NCBI RefSeq assembly: GCF_035084215.1
Contig: NC_090326.1
Span: 24,862,001 to 24,926,000, forward strand
Length of the DNA: 64,000 bases
Direction of reading: 5' to 3'
Source: Heptranchias perlo
Taxonomy: Eukaryota
Position numbers and translations under genes: made by a program. Below are positions 35,411-48,670 of the stretch, in pieces; the stretch's first letter is position 1; every line of letters starts with the position of its first letter. The notes beneath the pieces are model-generated. The model saw nothing but the letters and a program-made list of their open reading frames with translations, was not told the DNA's origin and did not search any database.

Positions 35411-37349
35411 CTGGCGAGGGTGGTGGACCGAAATCCGCTTCTCCAGTCGGGCTCGGTGCGATAGGCGCCGGCAGCTCACTCCGATTATTTAGGTGAGGGT
35501 CGAGGACCAATTTCTGGCGCCCCTCGGGCCTCCATCTTCGGGTGCAGGGCACGAACCCTGCGCTCATTTGACTCCCAAAAACTAGGTCAGAGAATCTGAT
35601 ATGCCGTGCATAAGGATCCTGGTTATCGTAATGGAAGTATTATTAAGACTGAAGCAGTTTAGTGATTGAATTAGTGCTGGTGGACTGCTATGATATTAAA
35701 TCATTTGAATTTGTTTGAGTTGTCTTGTAATTGAAATCCATTAGAGATTTGTTGAAGTGAAAATGTCAAGTCATCAATCAGGCCGCTGGCTTCAGTCAGC
35801 TTGTTGGATCCTAAATGGAGGTTTGATTTTAGCAAATGTTTCCAAGGTTGTAGAAGTCAAAACCTTTACTGGGACGAGGAATCTCTGAGCAAATAATGAC
35901 AATGTGGAAGAGATCGCTTCCTGTAGTTCATTTGGAAATGCAATGATTAATACAATTTAACTGTGATTGACTGTTGCCGTTCATATGAATGAGAGACAGT
36001 TTCTTATAGCAGATTAGAAAGGTACGATTAGGAGTGAGGGGTTGTGAAATTGCGCAAAGGCGGACTACAAAAACAAGCAAATATTGACCTTATCAGGACT
36101 TGACACTAAGTGGATGGAGGGGGTAGATTCACATTCTGTTACGAGTCATTTTATTTAGATTTACTTGTCTGGATCTTACAGGAGTCAGCAGTAAAGTGCT
36201 TTGGGTCTCACAGCTGCTGAGGGTAGTACCTGAGTTGGCAATTATATCAGGTTCATTGAATGACTCTTTCAAATTTTCTCTTTCAAATATGCGTCAAGCG
36301 CACTAAGTATCACCAAAGCTGGCATATTATTTTATATGGGGGGAAAGATGTGCCGAATTTGAAAAATAAAGGAGGGCATTACAGATATCTAATCAATCTG
36401 ACACAACTGTCATTTCAGACACTGCTCACAGTAGCTGTCAGCCTGCTTTAATAGCACTGCAAGGTTGATTATTCCACCATCAGCTTCTTTCAGATCACAC
36501 ACCTTCTTGCAGTACAGTGGCTGAATTGCTATCGCGTGATTTCCTCTTCGCCCTTCGACGAAGTAATCTAAAGCTTGTTTCTCCTACCTTTGATATCTCC
36601 ACTTTAGTCCTCCTTCATCTAATGACATTCTCGATCCAATAACTTTGAGCTTGCGTGGCAATTCCCGCATCTGACACGTTACTAAAGCTGCCTCCAAGTA
36701 GGCCGGTTTCCTCTTTTATACTGAGTATTTCTTTTTCCCCTCAATAACTCTTGACAGTGTCACGCCCGACCGAGTTTTAAATACCACTCGCGTATCTGGG
36801 GAGGCTCTTCTAGCAGCTCTCTTGGACAGAATGCAAGAAAATAACTTAACATCTCAAACGGGAGTCAGGAGCATGAGGAAAGAAAGAGGTTAAAAGTTTT
36901 TTTAAAAATATAGAATTAAGATAGAGAAAAGATAGATCAAGTAGAAAGAAAAATTAAGACTTAAAACTTAAGCAACAGGAGAGAATGGGTAAAACGAAGG
37001 ACGAAATGCTGCCTTGGTCAACAATCAGATGAACTTTCCGCTCTCGTTCCTCCTAAGCTGCGAATATGCCTTTCTGTGTGATCTTCCTCCTTCCTACATC
37101 CTCTCCGGGGCTGTATTGGAGGGTATACCCACTTTATATTTTTGGAGACTAAGGCATGAATGAGGATTAAACAGGCCCAGATTTTGCTGGAGCAAGGCAT
37201 CGAACAGTGTTTGCCGTTAGTTAGACTCACCCTTGCGCGTTTAGGATTTTACATTTTTTGCAGGGCAAGTTGCTGATTATGTGAGCTGATAACGTTGCAG
37301 CAAGGGAAACGGGGCCTGTGGGACCCGAGTGAACAGGGCAAGGAACTGT

Positions 37350-38889
37350 GGGCGAGAAATTGGGCCACGTAGCGCCTGTTGTTTTGGCGCTACGCGGCCT
37401 CCCGAACATCCAAGATGACGTCTGGACTGTGCATGCACGTTTCCAGTGTGACGTGCGCCGGATGCCATCTTGGTATAGGAGTTAGCGCATGCGCAAATAC
37501 CGAAGTAAGGAGAAAATGGGGACAATCAGTGGGCAACGCTGATTTAAAGTGATAGACACCATTTTGGCACTTAACGCTCAACTCAACGCACAGTCTTAAC
37601 CACGACCATCTGAATATGTCTTAGAGTGCCTGGAGGGACCCCCCCCCCACCAAACTAGCACTATTTAAAGGGACCATGCAGGATTTACAGGTTAGTTGCT
37701 GGATCACTTCTGGCTGCTGATACATTTGTAACTGTTTTTGGAGGTCTCCTATACTTGAATACTAGGACGCGGGGACATAGGCTAAAAATTAGAGCCAGGA
37801 TGTGCAGGAGTAAAGTTAGGAAGCACTACTACATGCAAAGGGTAGTAGAAGTTTGGAATGTTGTCCTGCAAACAGCAGCTGATGCTAACTCAATTGTGAA
37901 TTCTAACTCTGAGATTGATAGGTTTCTGTGAACCAAGGGTATTAAGGGGTATGGGACTAAGGCGGGTATGTGGAGTTAGGTCACAGGTCCACCATGATCT
38001 CATTGAATGGCGGAACAGGCTCGTGGGGCTAAATGCCACTGCCACTTGCTGCCTCCTGATATGTGCCACCTCCTCCTGCAAGAAAGTGGGACATGTGTCT
38101 GGGTGATGTGCTTGTCGCGGTTGAATAGCTGCCAGTGTGAGTGGCCTGTGAGTTGTGGGTGGACGGCTGGCAAGTGTGAGAGGAAGCATCTGATTGGAAG
38201 AATTAAGTACGGATGGAAAGAGTTTGTTGGTATGTGGGTGATGGGGGGGTGTAGTGCGTGGAGCAGTGGAACATAGGAACATAAGACATAGGAACAGGAG
38301 TAGGCCATTCAGTGGATGTGGCTAGTTTTGCAGTTGGTAGGAGACGCCACTTGACAGTTGACCTCCTTCTATCCACCTCTTGCACCAAGTTCTCTAGTGC
38401 ATCAGCAGAGAACCTTCGTGCACGCACTCTCACAGGCCTGGTACAAACTCAGATCATCAGATTGGTGAGGTCTAGCGTGCAGATTGGAGGATGTGGGATT
38501 TAGTAGTGCACAACCTTTGTTCAGTGTTTTAACATAACTCATCAGTTTGTAAACATAGGGATGGGACCTGCATCTGTGTTTTACGTGTGCAATGCCTGAT
38601 CTCCGTTCAGACAGCAGACTGTTATTTTTAGCAATTAGCAAGTACTGGCTATCTTCAAGAGATTTTTGAGGGACACCCTCCCTTTAAGAGATTGAGACTC
38701 CCCCTGCTGGCGAAAAGTATGAATTGCATTGAATCCTCACGTCACTGCTGATTTCCAACGCTGCTTGCAGGTAAGTCCTCAGGCCCGACGAAAGTCTCGT
38801 CCTGCCTGCGCAGGGGCCATCGGGCGCAGGTTAATAGCGGATTGCGCTACCCGTGCCCGAAAATTGGCCTTATCCAATTTTTTTCCCTC
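37350..38889 (-). mobile_element. Second copy of the Harbinger/Myb derivative, nested in a MITE
   Basis: Collinear reverse complement of 10020-11705. Imperfect TIRs (GGGCGAGAAATTGG / CCAATTTTTTTCCCTC); 3-bp TSD TGT at 37347-37349 and 38890-38892; RARRFSADALENLVQEVDRR remnant. Confidence 0.8.
38271..38309 (-). mobile_element. 39-bp CR1 3'-tail micro-insertion
   Basis: TSD CAGTGGA at 38264-38270 and 38310-38316. The paralogous copy (~10763-10769) shows the empty site. Confidence 0.8.
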
Positions 38890-41800
38890 TGTGTGTCTCC
38901 TTAGCCCATCAGATTGAAGGATTGAGAAATAAACAGTGCAAGGACTGAGAAGGAAGTGTAAATTAGAGTGGGTGAATTCAATGTCAAATCAGGTACAGAC
39001 AGGAAAGAAAGATTAGATTGAGAGAGAGAGAGAAAAAAGAGATAGAAAGGAAGAGTAAAAAAAATTTAAAATTTGACATTTTTAAAATCTCCAACAACAA
39101 TTAATATCTGAAGGAATGAGACTCCACATTTGTAATAGTTAATTTTCAATGCCAGAGATGTTGATTGGCAGTAATTAACACTTATCATGTCGTTAAAAGG
39201 ATACTTACACTTGAAATGACAGATCTTAACTTTCTGTCACAAGTTTAGTTTGTACCTACAGTGCAAATACAGCAACTTCACGCCATTCAATGCATTTCAT
39301 TGGTGAGGCAGAGAGAGATGCCGTCTTTGTGAAGCTGTCGGCGGAGCACGCAACCCTGACAGCAACTTTTGGATATCCGCGTTTAACCGCGCCTCTGCTC
39401 CTCGCCTGAAGTTGCTGTAGCAATTTGTACATAAATAACGGCGAGCGCCATTAGCCTCATTGTTATTTTGACAGCAAATTCTGGCCCGTAGTGTTTTATT
39501 TTAGTCTGCACCTTCCACACACATATAGACATGTTTAATCCTCGTAACTGATCGATATTATTGTTATATATGATGTATAATCCACATTCATTTGCATTCT
39601 CCCTTAGCATTACGTTCTAATCTTAATCCTCCTTCATATATATTTCATAATTTCATGCTATAATTTTTTGCCTTTCATAAATATAATTATTATTAATATG
39701 GGCTTATAAGAAAATCCAAACCCAACCATTAAAAAGATCATTATCAATGGTTTGTGGCCCATATTAACAATTTGCATTTATATAGCATCATTAACATACA
39801 AAAACATCCCAAGGGACTTCACAGAGATGTAAGGGAAAAAATGATTTATCGTCACTTATTGCTCCAACCTGGCATCTGGTTAATGGTTTAGGAACATCTT
39901 GACTGTATCAGCCCTCCTATGAATGTAGAAGTTCTCCTGTGAGATATTTCCAAATGAAACTATATGGCGATACTGAACCTCAATTTTAAAGAGTTTACAT
40001 ATTAATAATAGGCAACATAATTTTGATGGATAAAGGGAAATGTCAATAGGACAGTATCTCTCGTCTCAAAACACAGCCAGTCTCAAGTTGTGAATCTGAA
40101 TGGACCTCCTCTTCCTTCTGAGGTCCTAAAAGGTACATCAGGTCCTGACTTCAAAAGCACAAGATGGCAAGTCACATAAGGCCAAGAAGATACAAGCAGA
40201 CATTTTCTGATTAAGGTCATGTGGCTCTGTGGTAGTTACAATAATGACTAGATATTTATTGCATTAAACAACAACAACAACAACTTGCATTTATATAGCA
40301 CCTTTTAACATAGTAAAACGTCTCAAGGCGTTTATCAAGCATTATCAAACAAAATTTGACACTGGGGAATGGGACTAATTGGATAGCTTTTTCAAAGAGC
40401 CAGCACAGGCATAATGGGCCAAATGGCCTCCTCCTGTGCTGTACCTACTATGATACTATAAAAGGGCTATCAAGACAGCAAACCCGAGTATACTTGCCAG
40501 ATTTACTGTAGTCAGCTGCTGGAAAACCCGATTTTAAAAAAAATAACAGAACTGTGATACAAAACCAATAAAAAACAATGAACAACTCTAGTTCAGTTCC
40601 TGGAATTAATGCTTGGACCAGGTGGTAGGCAGGAATATTGCCTCATACAAACATCTCAAGACATTTGGGAAAGATTGTTTTTTCTAAGTCTTGCAAATGA
40701 TTGAACTGTGTAAGGAACATGTTCTGAACATTTTAACCTCTTGTTAAAACATTATTGTTTTCTAAGTAATTGTATCATCATTAACTTGTTGCATCTTCGA
40801 GCCTCTTTGTAATTAAACTACTTGTAAATAAATCTGATGGAGTGGGACTTGAACCCTCAACCTTCTGACAGAGGCAAGAGTGCTACCACAAAGCCACAGC
40901 TGACTTTTCCGCTTGTAATCTAGGCTAAGACTTCAGTGCGGTACCGAGGGAATGCTGCGTTAATCAGAGGTGCCAACCTTAAACAAGGTAACTTCCGCCT
41001 ATTCAGGTAGATCCCATGTCCTATTCAAAGAGCAGAAACTCTCCTGGTATGCTGGTCAATATTTCTCCCTGGGAGTATCTTTGGCAGAGCATGAAACAAA
41101 ACTTCTGAGTAAAACCTGAAAACAGAAAAATCTTTAATACCTCATAAATGACAGTGCCTCTGAAATGCCCACGCTATGAGGACTAATCCCAAGTGCTAGT
41201 GTACCAATCAAATTACCATGTACACTGAATGTATTCCCATGTGATGTAGTAAGTAGAATAAGATAAGTTTGCCATTAATTTTTTTAAAATATCTTGTTAA
41301 TTATTTTTTTTATTTGTGAGCATCAGTTGGCAATTGTATAAGTAAAGTCACACACAGACGCTGGTGTGATTACACGTTTAAATAATGAGTGGCCCTATCT
41401 GTGTACCATACAGGCAGTAAAGTCGCAAGTCCATTCTGTGGTCAGGTCTGCACATGGTTTGAATGTGGTGTCACATGAAAACCTGGGTGATGTCCTCTCT
41501 ATGTAAAATGTTACTGGGCATACACGGTTTCTGTAATATGGATACATTTGAGATGCATTTCTCTGTAAAACCTACACATTAATATTAATATATTAAAAAT
41601 CTTACATCTGCATGCACTTTGTCAGCTTTTGCCTATGTAAATTTGTCCGCTATAATCACACACCCTCGCCTCCATGGAGGCACTGCAGCGCCACCAGTGC
41701 TGGGAGGGTGTAATTACAGTGTGACAAGTTCACATAGACAATTTCCATTATAAGTGTGGGCTGAGGAATTCATAATAGAACTATTGAAATGAGGACATAA

Positions 41801-43769
41801 AGTATGACTAAAATGGGAAATAAATTATGTCTGCACACCCTGGTCCAATTACCCTTCAGCTTCTAACCTCGCTGCACCTGAGAACTATACTCGGTCCTGG
41901 CTCCCCATGTGTAACACCAAAGGAGATCAACTGGTAGACACTTATTTTTCCTGTCTGGAAGTCTTAATTAATTTACTGTTTTAATTTGATTACACATGAT
42001 TATATGGTAATTCTCAATTCTATCTATCACTATCACACTGGTGATTTTGGTAAGTACGGGTAAGGTGTAATAAGTGCAGAGTGCATATGTTGTAAAACAA
42101 TTGAAGGAAAACACAGCAATTTGACAGTGTCTGCTGAGCACAGTGTAAATGGAGACTCGATCTATGACAAACTTGGTAAATATTCCACCTCGCTCTGTGC
42201 TGGCTGACAGTTCTAATTCCACCAATCGTCTGGAGAGTGCCGGTAGAGAGGACCTAGCCTGGAAAATGAGTTAACACTGGCCTTAGACAAATCCATTCTG
42301 CTTCTACCTACTAAACACAAACCTTTAAACCAAACTGCAGCCTTATTAAAAGGTTTGTTGCCAATCAGTCCAAATCAAAATGCATCTTTCATAACAGACA
42401 GCTGACAATGTCTCCTATTGAAGCTAACTCCACAGCACCCAGCATTCATTTTCTATTGTTACAGTAATAGTTTCAGTGGCTTGCTTCTGTTGGCACTGCA
42501 CAGTCTGATGTTATATAACAAGGGCTAAGTAATACCCTACATGTTGTTCCCATACAAATGTTAACATCATTACATGCTACATATGTGTTTGTCTGCTTCT
42601 GGTTCATCTGCCTTCCCTTTGCAAAACAGCCCTCAGTGAGTACTGAAAGGAACGGTGTAATGTTTCAAATCTATATAGAACAACTCAGTAGTGACAATGG
42701 AAGTAGCAATGTCTGCTGCTGTCATCAATAGTGGCAGCATCTTGTGTATATCAGTGTTAGTGAGTTGGCTAAGGCTTATAGACGAGAGAGAGCAGGGTCT
42801 GGGCACAGTAAATCAGAAAAAGAAAAACACACGATGGGGAGCATAATAATGAGGAAAAAATGAAACGGAGAGTGAGAATTAAGAGAATAAGGGAAGGAAA
42901 GAAAATGGGAGCCATTAAACAAGAAAAATAAACGTGATGCGTAGAAGAGAGTGACCATCATTGATGAATATGAAAGGAAAGAAATTGAGACAAACACAGC
43001 AACAGAATGAAAGAAAAACTAGAAACCTAAAAGCAGCAGATTTTTTTTAGAATTAAAGAGAGAACTAGCAAGCACGTCTTTCAACCTCATGGTGGAAGTA
43101 AGAGGAGTAACCTTTGATGTTCCTAGACCCTTTGATAGGGTGTGGCATTATTGAAAAGGTGACTTCATGTAGTATATCTGGTCAACTATTAAATTGTGGA
43201 TGTAAATATTAAGCCATGATAATTGGACATTTGACTTATGGAGATACCTCTATAGTAGTCCCACTGGGACGAGTGCTTGGCCACACTCTCTTTCTCGTCT
43301 TCAAAGATCTCATTATTCTCTTTGCTCCTGAACCATCTCATATGAAGTAGTTAAATCTCCATTTGAAAGATGTGCAGTGCATGCGGATGTAGAAAGAAGT
43401 GGACAAGCATTGAGAAGAACGAGTCACTACCTCTGCTGACAAACGTTGAGTATGGTGTTTCCCACTCAACCCTTTTTTACAAGGGTTGCAAGCCTCTTGC
43501 AGTACCAGCATTGAGCTCCTTGACTTGTTAAACGCATTGGGGCAAAAAGTGGGGAAAATGACTGGAAAAGTCAATAATCAAGAAAGGTCAACTTAATTGT
43601 CACCATCAGCAACTTCAGTGATCCACAAATCCTAGATCTGCCCAATGATAAAATCTTACAGTTCTTTTAGGCAGAGAAAACGCATCACTTACTCCTGGCT
43701 CCATGAACTCAGTAAGATTCAAAGCCAGTGATGATGGCTTACTGAATACCATAGTACACCCTCCCAACA

Positions 43770-44240
43770 ATAGCTCGTATTTATTTGTTACCTTTAACAT
43801 AGTAATCATTCCAACATGCTTTACAGAGGAGAAATGTATGCAGTAGTAAGAGAAATGTTCAGAGAGATGATTGAATGCGCAATTGAAGAGATGAGTTATG
43901 AGGAGGCTTTTGACGGTCAGGAGAGTGGCAGCAAGGCAGAGGGGTTTAAAGAGGGAATTCCAGAAAGAAATTGCTGAAGGCTCTGCCACTGATGGTGCAT
44001 CAGAGGGAGGGGATTAGCAGGAGGCCTGAGTCAGAACAATGGAGAGTACGTTAGGCCACAGGACTGGAGGAGCATGCGTTGATAGGGTGGGGCAGTTGAG
44101 GGATTAAAAAATGAGGATGAGAATTTTTAATCGGATACATTGGGGATCAGGAAACGAATGAAAGTTAACGAGCAGGGGTGATGGGCAAGCGGGACTTAGG
44201 GTGAGCTAGGTGTTGTGAGCAGTGGGATTTTGAACAAATT
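43770..44240 (-). mobile_element. Old L2 3' fragment
   Basis: gagggaattccaga and gaggatgagaattttta motifs. Confidence 0.6.
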
Positions 44241-45774
44241 GTTGCATGTAGTGTGCTTCTCTGAGAGAGGTAGCCAGAATGTCAATACTTGGAAGACCAT
44301 GATTGGATCAGCGCCATAAGTACTTAAATCATATTTATACCAGGAGCACAAGAACTACTGAATCTCTGCCTCAGCCTTCCCTATCAATCCAAGATGTCTC
44401 CATGGGAACATCAACAAAAAGCTGTCACATGGCTTGCCTGTAGAATTCTCCCCCACACAACAGTCATTTGCTGGAACTGTGACCCTTGGGAACAGAACTT
44501 TAAAGGTGGAGCTAATTATCACTTGTTGAATGAGAGTTACTGGTGTATGCAGTAGGTTATGGGCAGCTTGTGACTTGCCTGTTGATATCCTAGTATAATC
44601 TCTCCAAATTGTTCTACGTTCTCAGCAACCGGCAGGGTTAAATTTGTCAGACAGGAGTTCTCACAGTTGTCTTAGGCTGCACCCTGTTACTGCCTCATGT
44701 GTGAAGAAATTAAAAAGGGGCTTGGGGAAACACCCATCTCCACACAGTGATCCAGGTTGTTCCACCTTTCTTAAGAGCGTCAGTTTATTTTCCCCATTGA
44801 GGGTATGTTTTTTTTCCATGCCCCCGCCGTTAGGCCTCCATACATCATCCCTTGGCCAAGACAGAAGCCAATGATCCTTCTCCCAGGCCTCTGCTGTTGT
44901 TTTTTTCTATACAGCCACGTGCTAGCTTCCAGTTTACTCCTCCTGTGGGGATGGAGAAGATTCTGCAGAAGATTGGAGCTCATTATATAAATGACGGCAC
45001 TCGTGTCTAATCATTCCAGAGTGCAACGCATTACTACACCAATGTACTGCAACCCAGGATATCAAGTTTTATTGAAACCATAAGAGTTAATGTTGGTGGT
45101 GGTGGGGGTGGGGGGGGCACCAAAGGGAAGGAGGAAATGACTAATAAATCTCATTTTTGTGACGTATCGGAGAATGGAGAATTGTTTTTGTGGGGATATT
45201 GATTCAGCTGATGTTATGGGTGAAACAAGCTCTATCATGTGAAAATCCTGATGAATATTTTTTGCCAACTTTACTATTTACCATTAGCACCGCACAAAGA
45301 AAATTAATTTGAAAGCAGTGTTACACAGTAATGTTCCCAAACCCTTTCTGTTTAATTGTTTCCATTGTGTTGTGATTGGCAAACATTAATGTTCAGTCAT
45401 TTGTCTGTGTGTCTGGGGACCTAAAGTATTTTCATCATTACCAACGTTCCCCGATTGTTTTTGTCATAGTTAATTAGTAAATCTCTGCCTCTCAATCTGA
45501 ATTGAGCTAAATTAATTCATTAACACTGTACATCTCGCCACTGAACACTATGACATACACTGACCTGGCTGCACGAAATGACTTGTTTTGTACGTCCTTG
45601 AGCTGAGAGCAATTGTTGTAAACTGAAAATGCAACCGATGAGAGCAGATGGCACATTTGAGGGCCAGTTGATTACTGTTGGGCAAGTCATTTTTCACGGC
45701 CTCCAAGACGTTTTATGCAGAATTGTTGTACTTGAAAAACAAGTTGCACCACAGACAGTAAATGTAGTGATTTG

Positions 45775-46700
45775 CGTATGTGGGATCAGCTTCGATATAA
45801 ACACTGAAGGCATCCAGCTCTACCTCTCCACCATCTCTTTCAACTCCTCCACTGCCTCCGTGTTCTCAGAATGCTTCTCCGACATCCAGTCTTATGATGA
45901 GCTGTAATTTCCTCCAATTAAACATTGGAAAGACCAAATCCATCATCTTTGGCCCCCACTGCAAACTCTGTATCTGTGCCACTGATTCCACTCCGCTCCC
46001 TGGCCACTGTCTCAGGCTGAATCAGACTCTTTGCCGCCATGGCACCCTGTTCGACCCTGAGCTGAGTTTTGTACCCCATATTCTCTCCATCACAAAGACT
46101 GCATAACTCCATCTCCATAATATCACCCCCTCCACCCCTAGCTCATCCCATCTGTTGCTGAAACCCTCATTTATGCCTTTGTCATCTTCATGATGAATTC
46201 TCCAATGCTCTCCTGGCCGGCCTCCCATCTCCACCCTCCAAATCTTAGTTTATCCAAAACTCTGCTGCCCCCATCCTATATCGCATCAAGTCTCACGTAC
46301 TCATTATTCCTGTCCTTGCAGATCCAAATTGGCTCTTGTTTCTCCAATGCTTCAAATCAATCCCTCCAATCCTAGCCCCTCCCTTTCTCTGTAACCTCCT
46401 TCAGCCCTACCACTCCTCACCCCGAACTCTCCATTCTACTGACTCTTGTCCCACCTGCCCACCACCCCACCCCCGCAACCTTTCCCTTGGCCCCACCAAT
46501 GATGGCCAAAGTTTTCAGCACCATGCTCTGGAATTCCCTCCCTTAACCTCTCCAGCTCCCTCTCCTCCTTTAAGACTCTCATTAAAACTCATCTCTGAGC
46601 AATGTTTTGGTCGCCCTTCCTAATCTTCTTTGGCTTGGTATCCCATTTGTTTCCTCGCGCCTCTATGAAGCGCCTTAGGATGGTTTTCTATGTTAAAGTT
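45775..46700 (+). mobile_element. L2 fragment (RT C-terminus to tail)
   Basis: NFLQLNIGKTKSIIFG; L2 tail. Confidence 0.8.
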
Positions 46701-47652
46701 GTTAATTGCAGTGCACCAGATCATTTTCCCTGGTTACTGTGCATTCCGCCAATGAGCAGAGGGCAAATTGTTGAATTGCAGCAACCAGCTGGTCTTGAAC
46801 AATGCAACTCTCCTCTCACCGGCTGCAACCTTCAACTTACTTTGAATAACGTGCTCCCCAGAGGAATGTCTTCAGCGATGCGCTTGCCTCTCTTTGTGAG
46901 TGCTGGCTTTAATTTTAAACCCACGCGGGTTCTGAAAACATGGTCCGACCTGGTGATTTCCAACCCTGCTTTTCCAAGTTTGGGTAAACTCTATACAAAA
47001 GATGGTGCTGTGCACAGTTCAACTTCAGCATTGCTTAGCTTCGATGTCCAATAATTATTTTAAAATGTAATTTGAGATACAGTCAGGATACTTTTGTTGG
47101 GCTGGATTAAAGCTCTATTTTATTCATGTAGCTGAATATATCCATACATATATATATATATAGATCTATATATGGAGATCTAAAATGAATTGAAAGGGAT
47201 ATCAAAGATTCATTGCTTGCAGCAAGTTGTAGACACATCAGCTGCAACATATCACGGGGCGCTGAAGAATTTAGTTTGCAGGAGGTTTCCTTTATCTATA
47301 ATTTCATATAGTCAAAGCACATGAGGACCAAGTAACCTGAACGAATATCCTCGGGGTCTGCCAGAGAGCCTTAATGGGCTGTGAAGCTTGCAGATGATAT
47401 GGAAACGGGAATATTATGCAACCTCTGTTGGAGCTGTAACATTAAACTTTAATGCTGCCAACGATCACAACGCTGCAATATTACATTTAAGTGTTCATAG
47501 GCAGTTGGACGGCCAATTCCTTTATATCTTTCTGGATGATTGTCAGCGTTTCATCGGACGAACGATGGAATTGCAGTCTGTACTAAAGATCAACCATCTA
47601 TTTTTTCCTGTCGCATTTTCAGTTGTTAAGCAAAAAAAATAATTAAACACTT

Positions 47653-48340
47653 AACATCAACATCCTGGGGGTCACCATTGACCAGAAACTTAACTGGACC
47701 AGCCACATAAATACTGTGGCTACAAGAGCAGGTCAGAGGCTGGGTATTCTGCGGCCAGTGACTCACCTCCTGACTCCCCAAAGCCTTTCCACCATGTACA
47801 AGGCACAAGTCAGGAGTGTGATGGAATATTCTCCACTTGCCTGGATGAGAACAGCTCCAACAACATTCAAGAAGCTCGACACCATCTGGGACAAAGCAGC
47901 CCGCTTGATTGGCACCCTATCCACCACCCTAAACATTCACTCCCTTCATCACCGGCGCACCGTGGCTGCAGTGTGTACTATCTACAGGATGCACTGCAGC
48001 AACTCGCCAAGGCTTCTTCGACAGCACCTCCCAAACCCGCGACCTCTACCACCTAGAAGGACAAGGGCAGCAGGCCCATGGGAACAACACCAACTGCACG
48101 TTCCCCTCCAAGTCACACACCATCCCAGCTTGGAAATATTTCACCGTTCCTTCATCGTCACTGGGTCAAAATCCTGGAACTCCCTACCTAACAGCACTGT
48201 GGGAGTACCTTCACCACATGGACTGCAGCGGTTCAAGAAGGCGGCTCACCACCACCTTCTCAAGGGCAATTAGGGATGGGCAATAAAAATGCTGGCCTTG
48301 CCAGCGACGCCCACATCCCATGAATGAATTTTAAAAAAAT
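47653..48340 (+). mobile_element. RTE-X-like LINE 3' fragment
   Basis: Homologous to 16565-17230 (YKAQVRSVMEYSPLAW). Confidence 0.85.
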
Positions 48341-48419
48341 TATTCATTCTCTTTCTGGAACTTTCTCTGCCCCGACAATCTACAGACTTAAAAGCCATAT
48401 TTGATGTAGCCCAATCATT

Positions 48420-48670
48420 TTTTAAAAATTCATTCTTGGGATACGGGCGTCACTAGCAAGGCACCAATTATTGCCCATCCCTAGTTGCCCTTGAGAAAGT
48501 GGTGGTGGGCCATCTTCTTGAATTGCTGCAGTCCGTGTAGTGAAGGTGCTCCCACAATGCAATTAGATAGGGAGTTCCAGGATTTTGACTCAGCAACGAT
48601 GAAGGAACAGCGTTAAATGTCCAAGTCAGGATGGTGTGTGACTTGTTGGGGAACATGGTGATGGTGATGG
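48420..48670 (-). mobile_element. RTE-X-like LINE 3' fragment, tail-to-tail with the previous copy
   Basis: Reverse complement of the same 3' tail. Confidence 0.8.

Larger units (their letters stand above)
37174..39487. mobile_element. ~770-bp TIR MITE split by the nested Harbinger derivative
   Basis: TIRs GGCCCAGATTTTGCTG / CAGCAAATTCTGGCCC. Homologous to the uninterrupted copy at 28278-29023. Confidence 0.75.

Noticed and set aside
43075-43310. Very old RT remnant (FDRVWH.., VPLGRVLGHTLF)
   Set aside because: Too degenerate to classify or delimit reliably.
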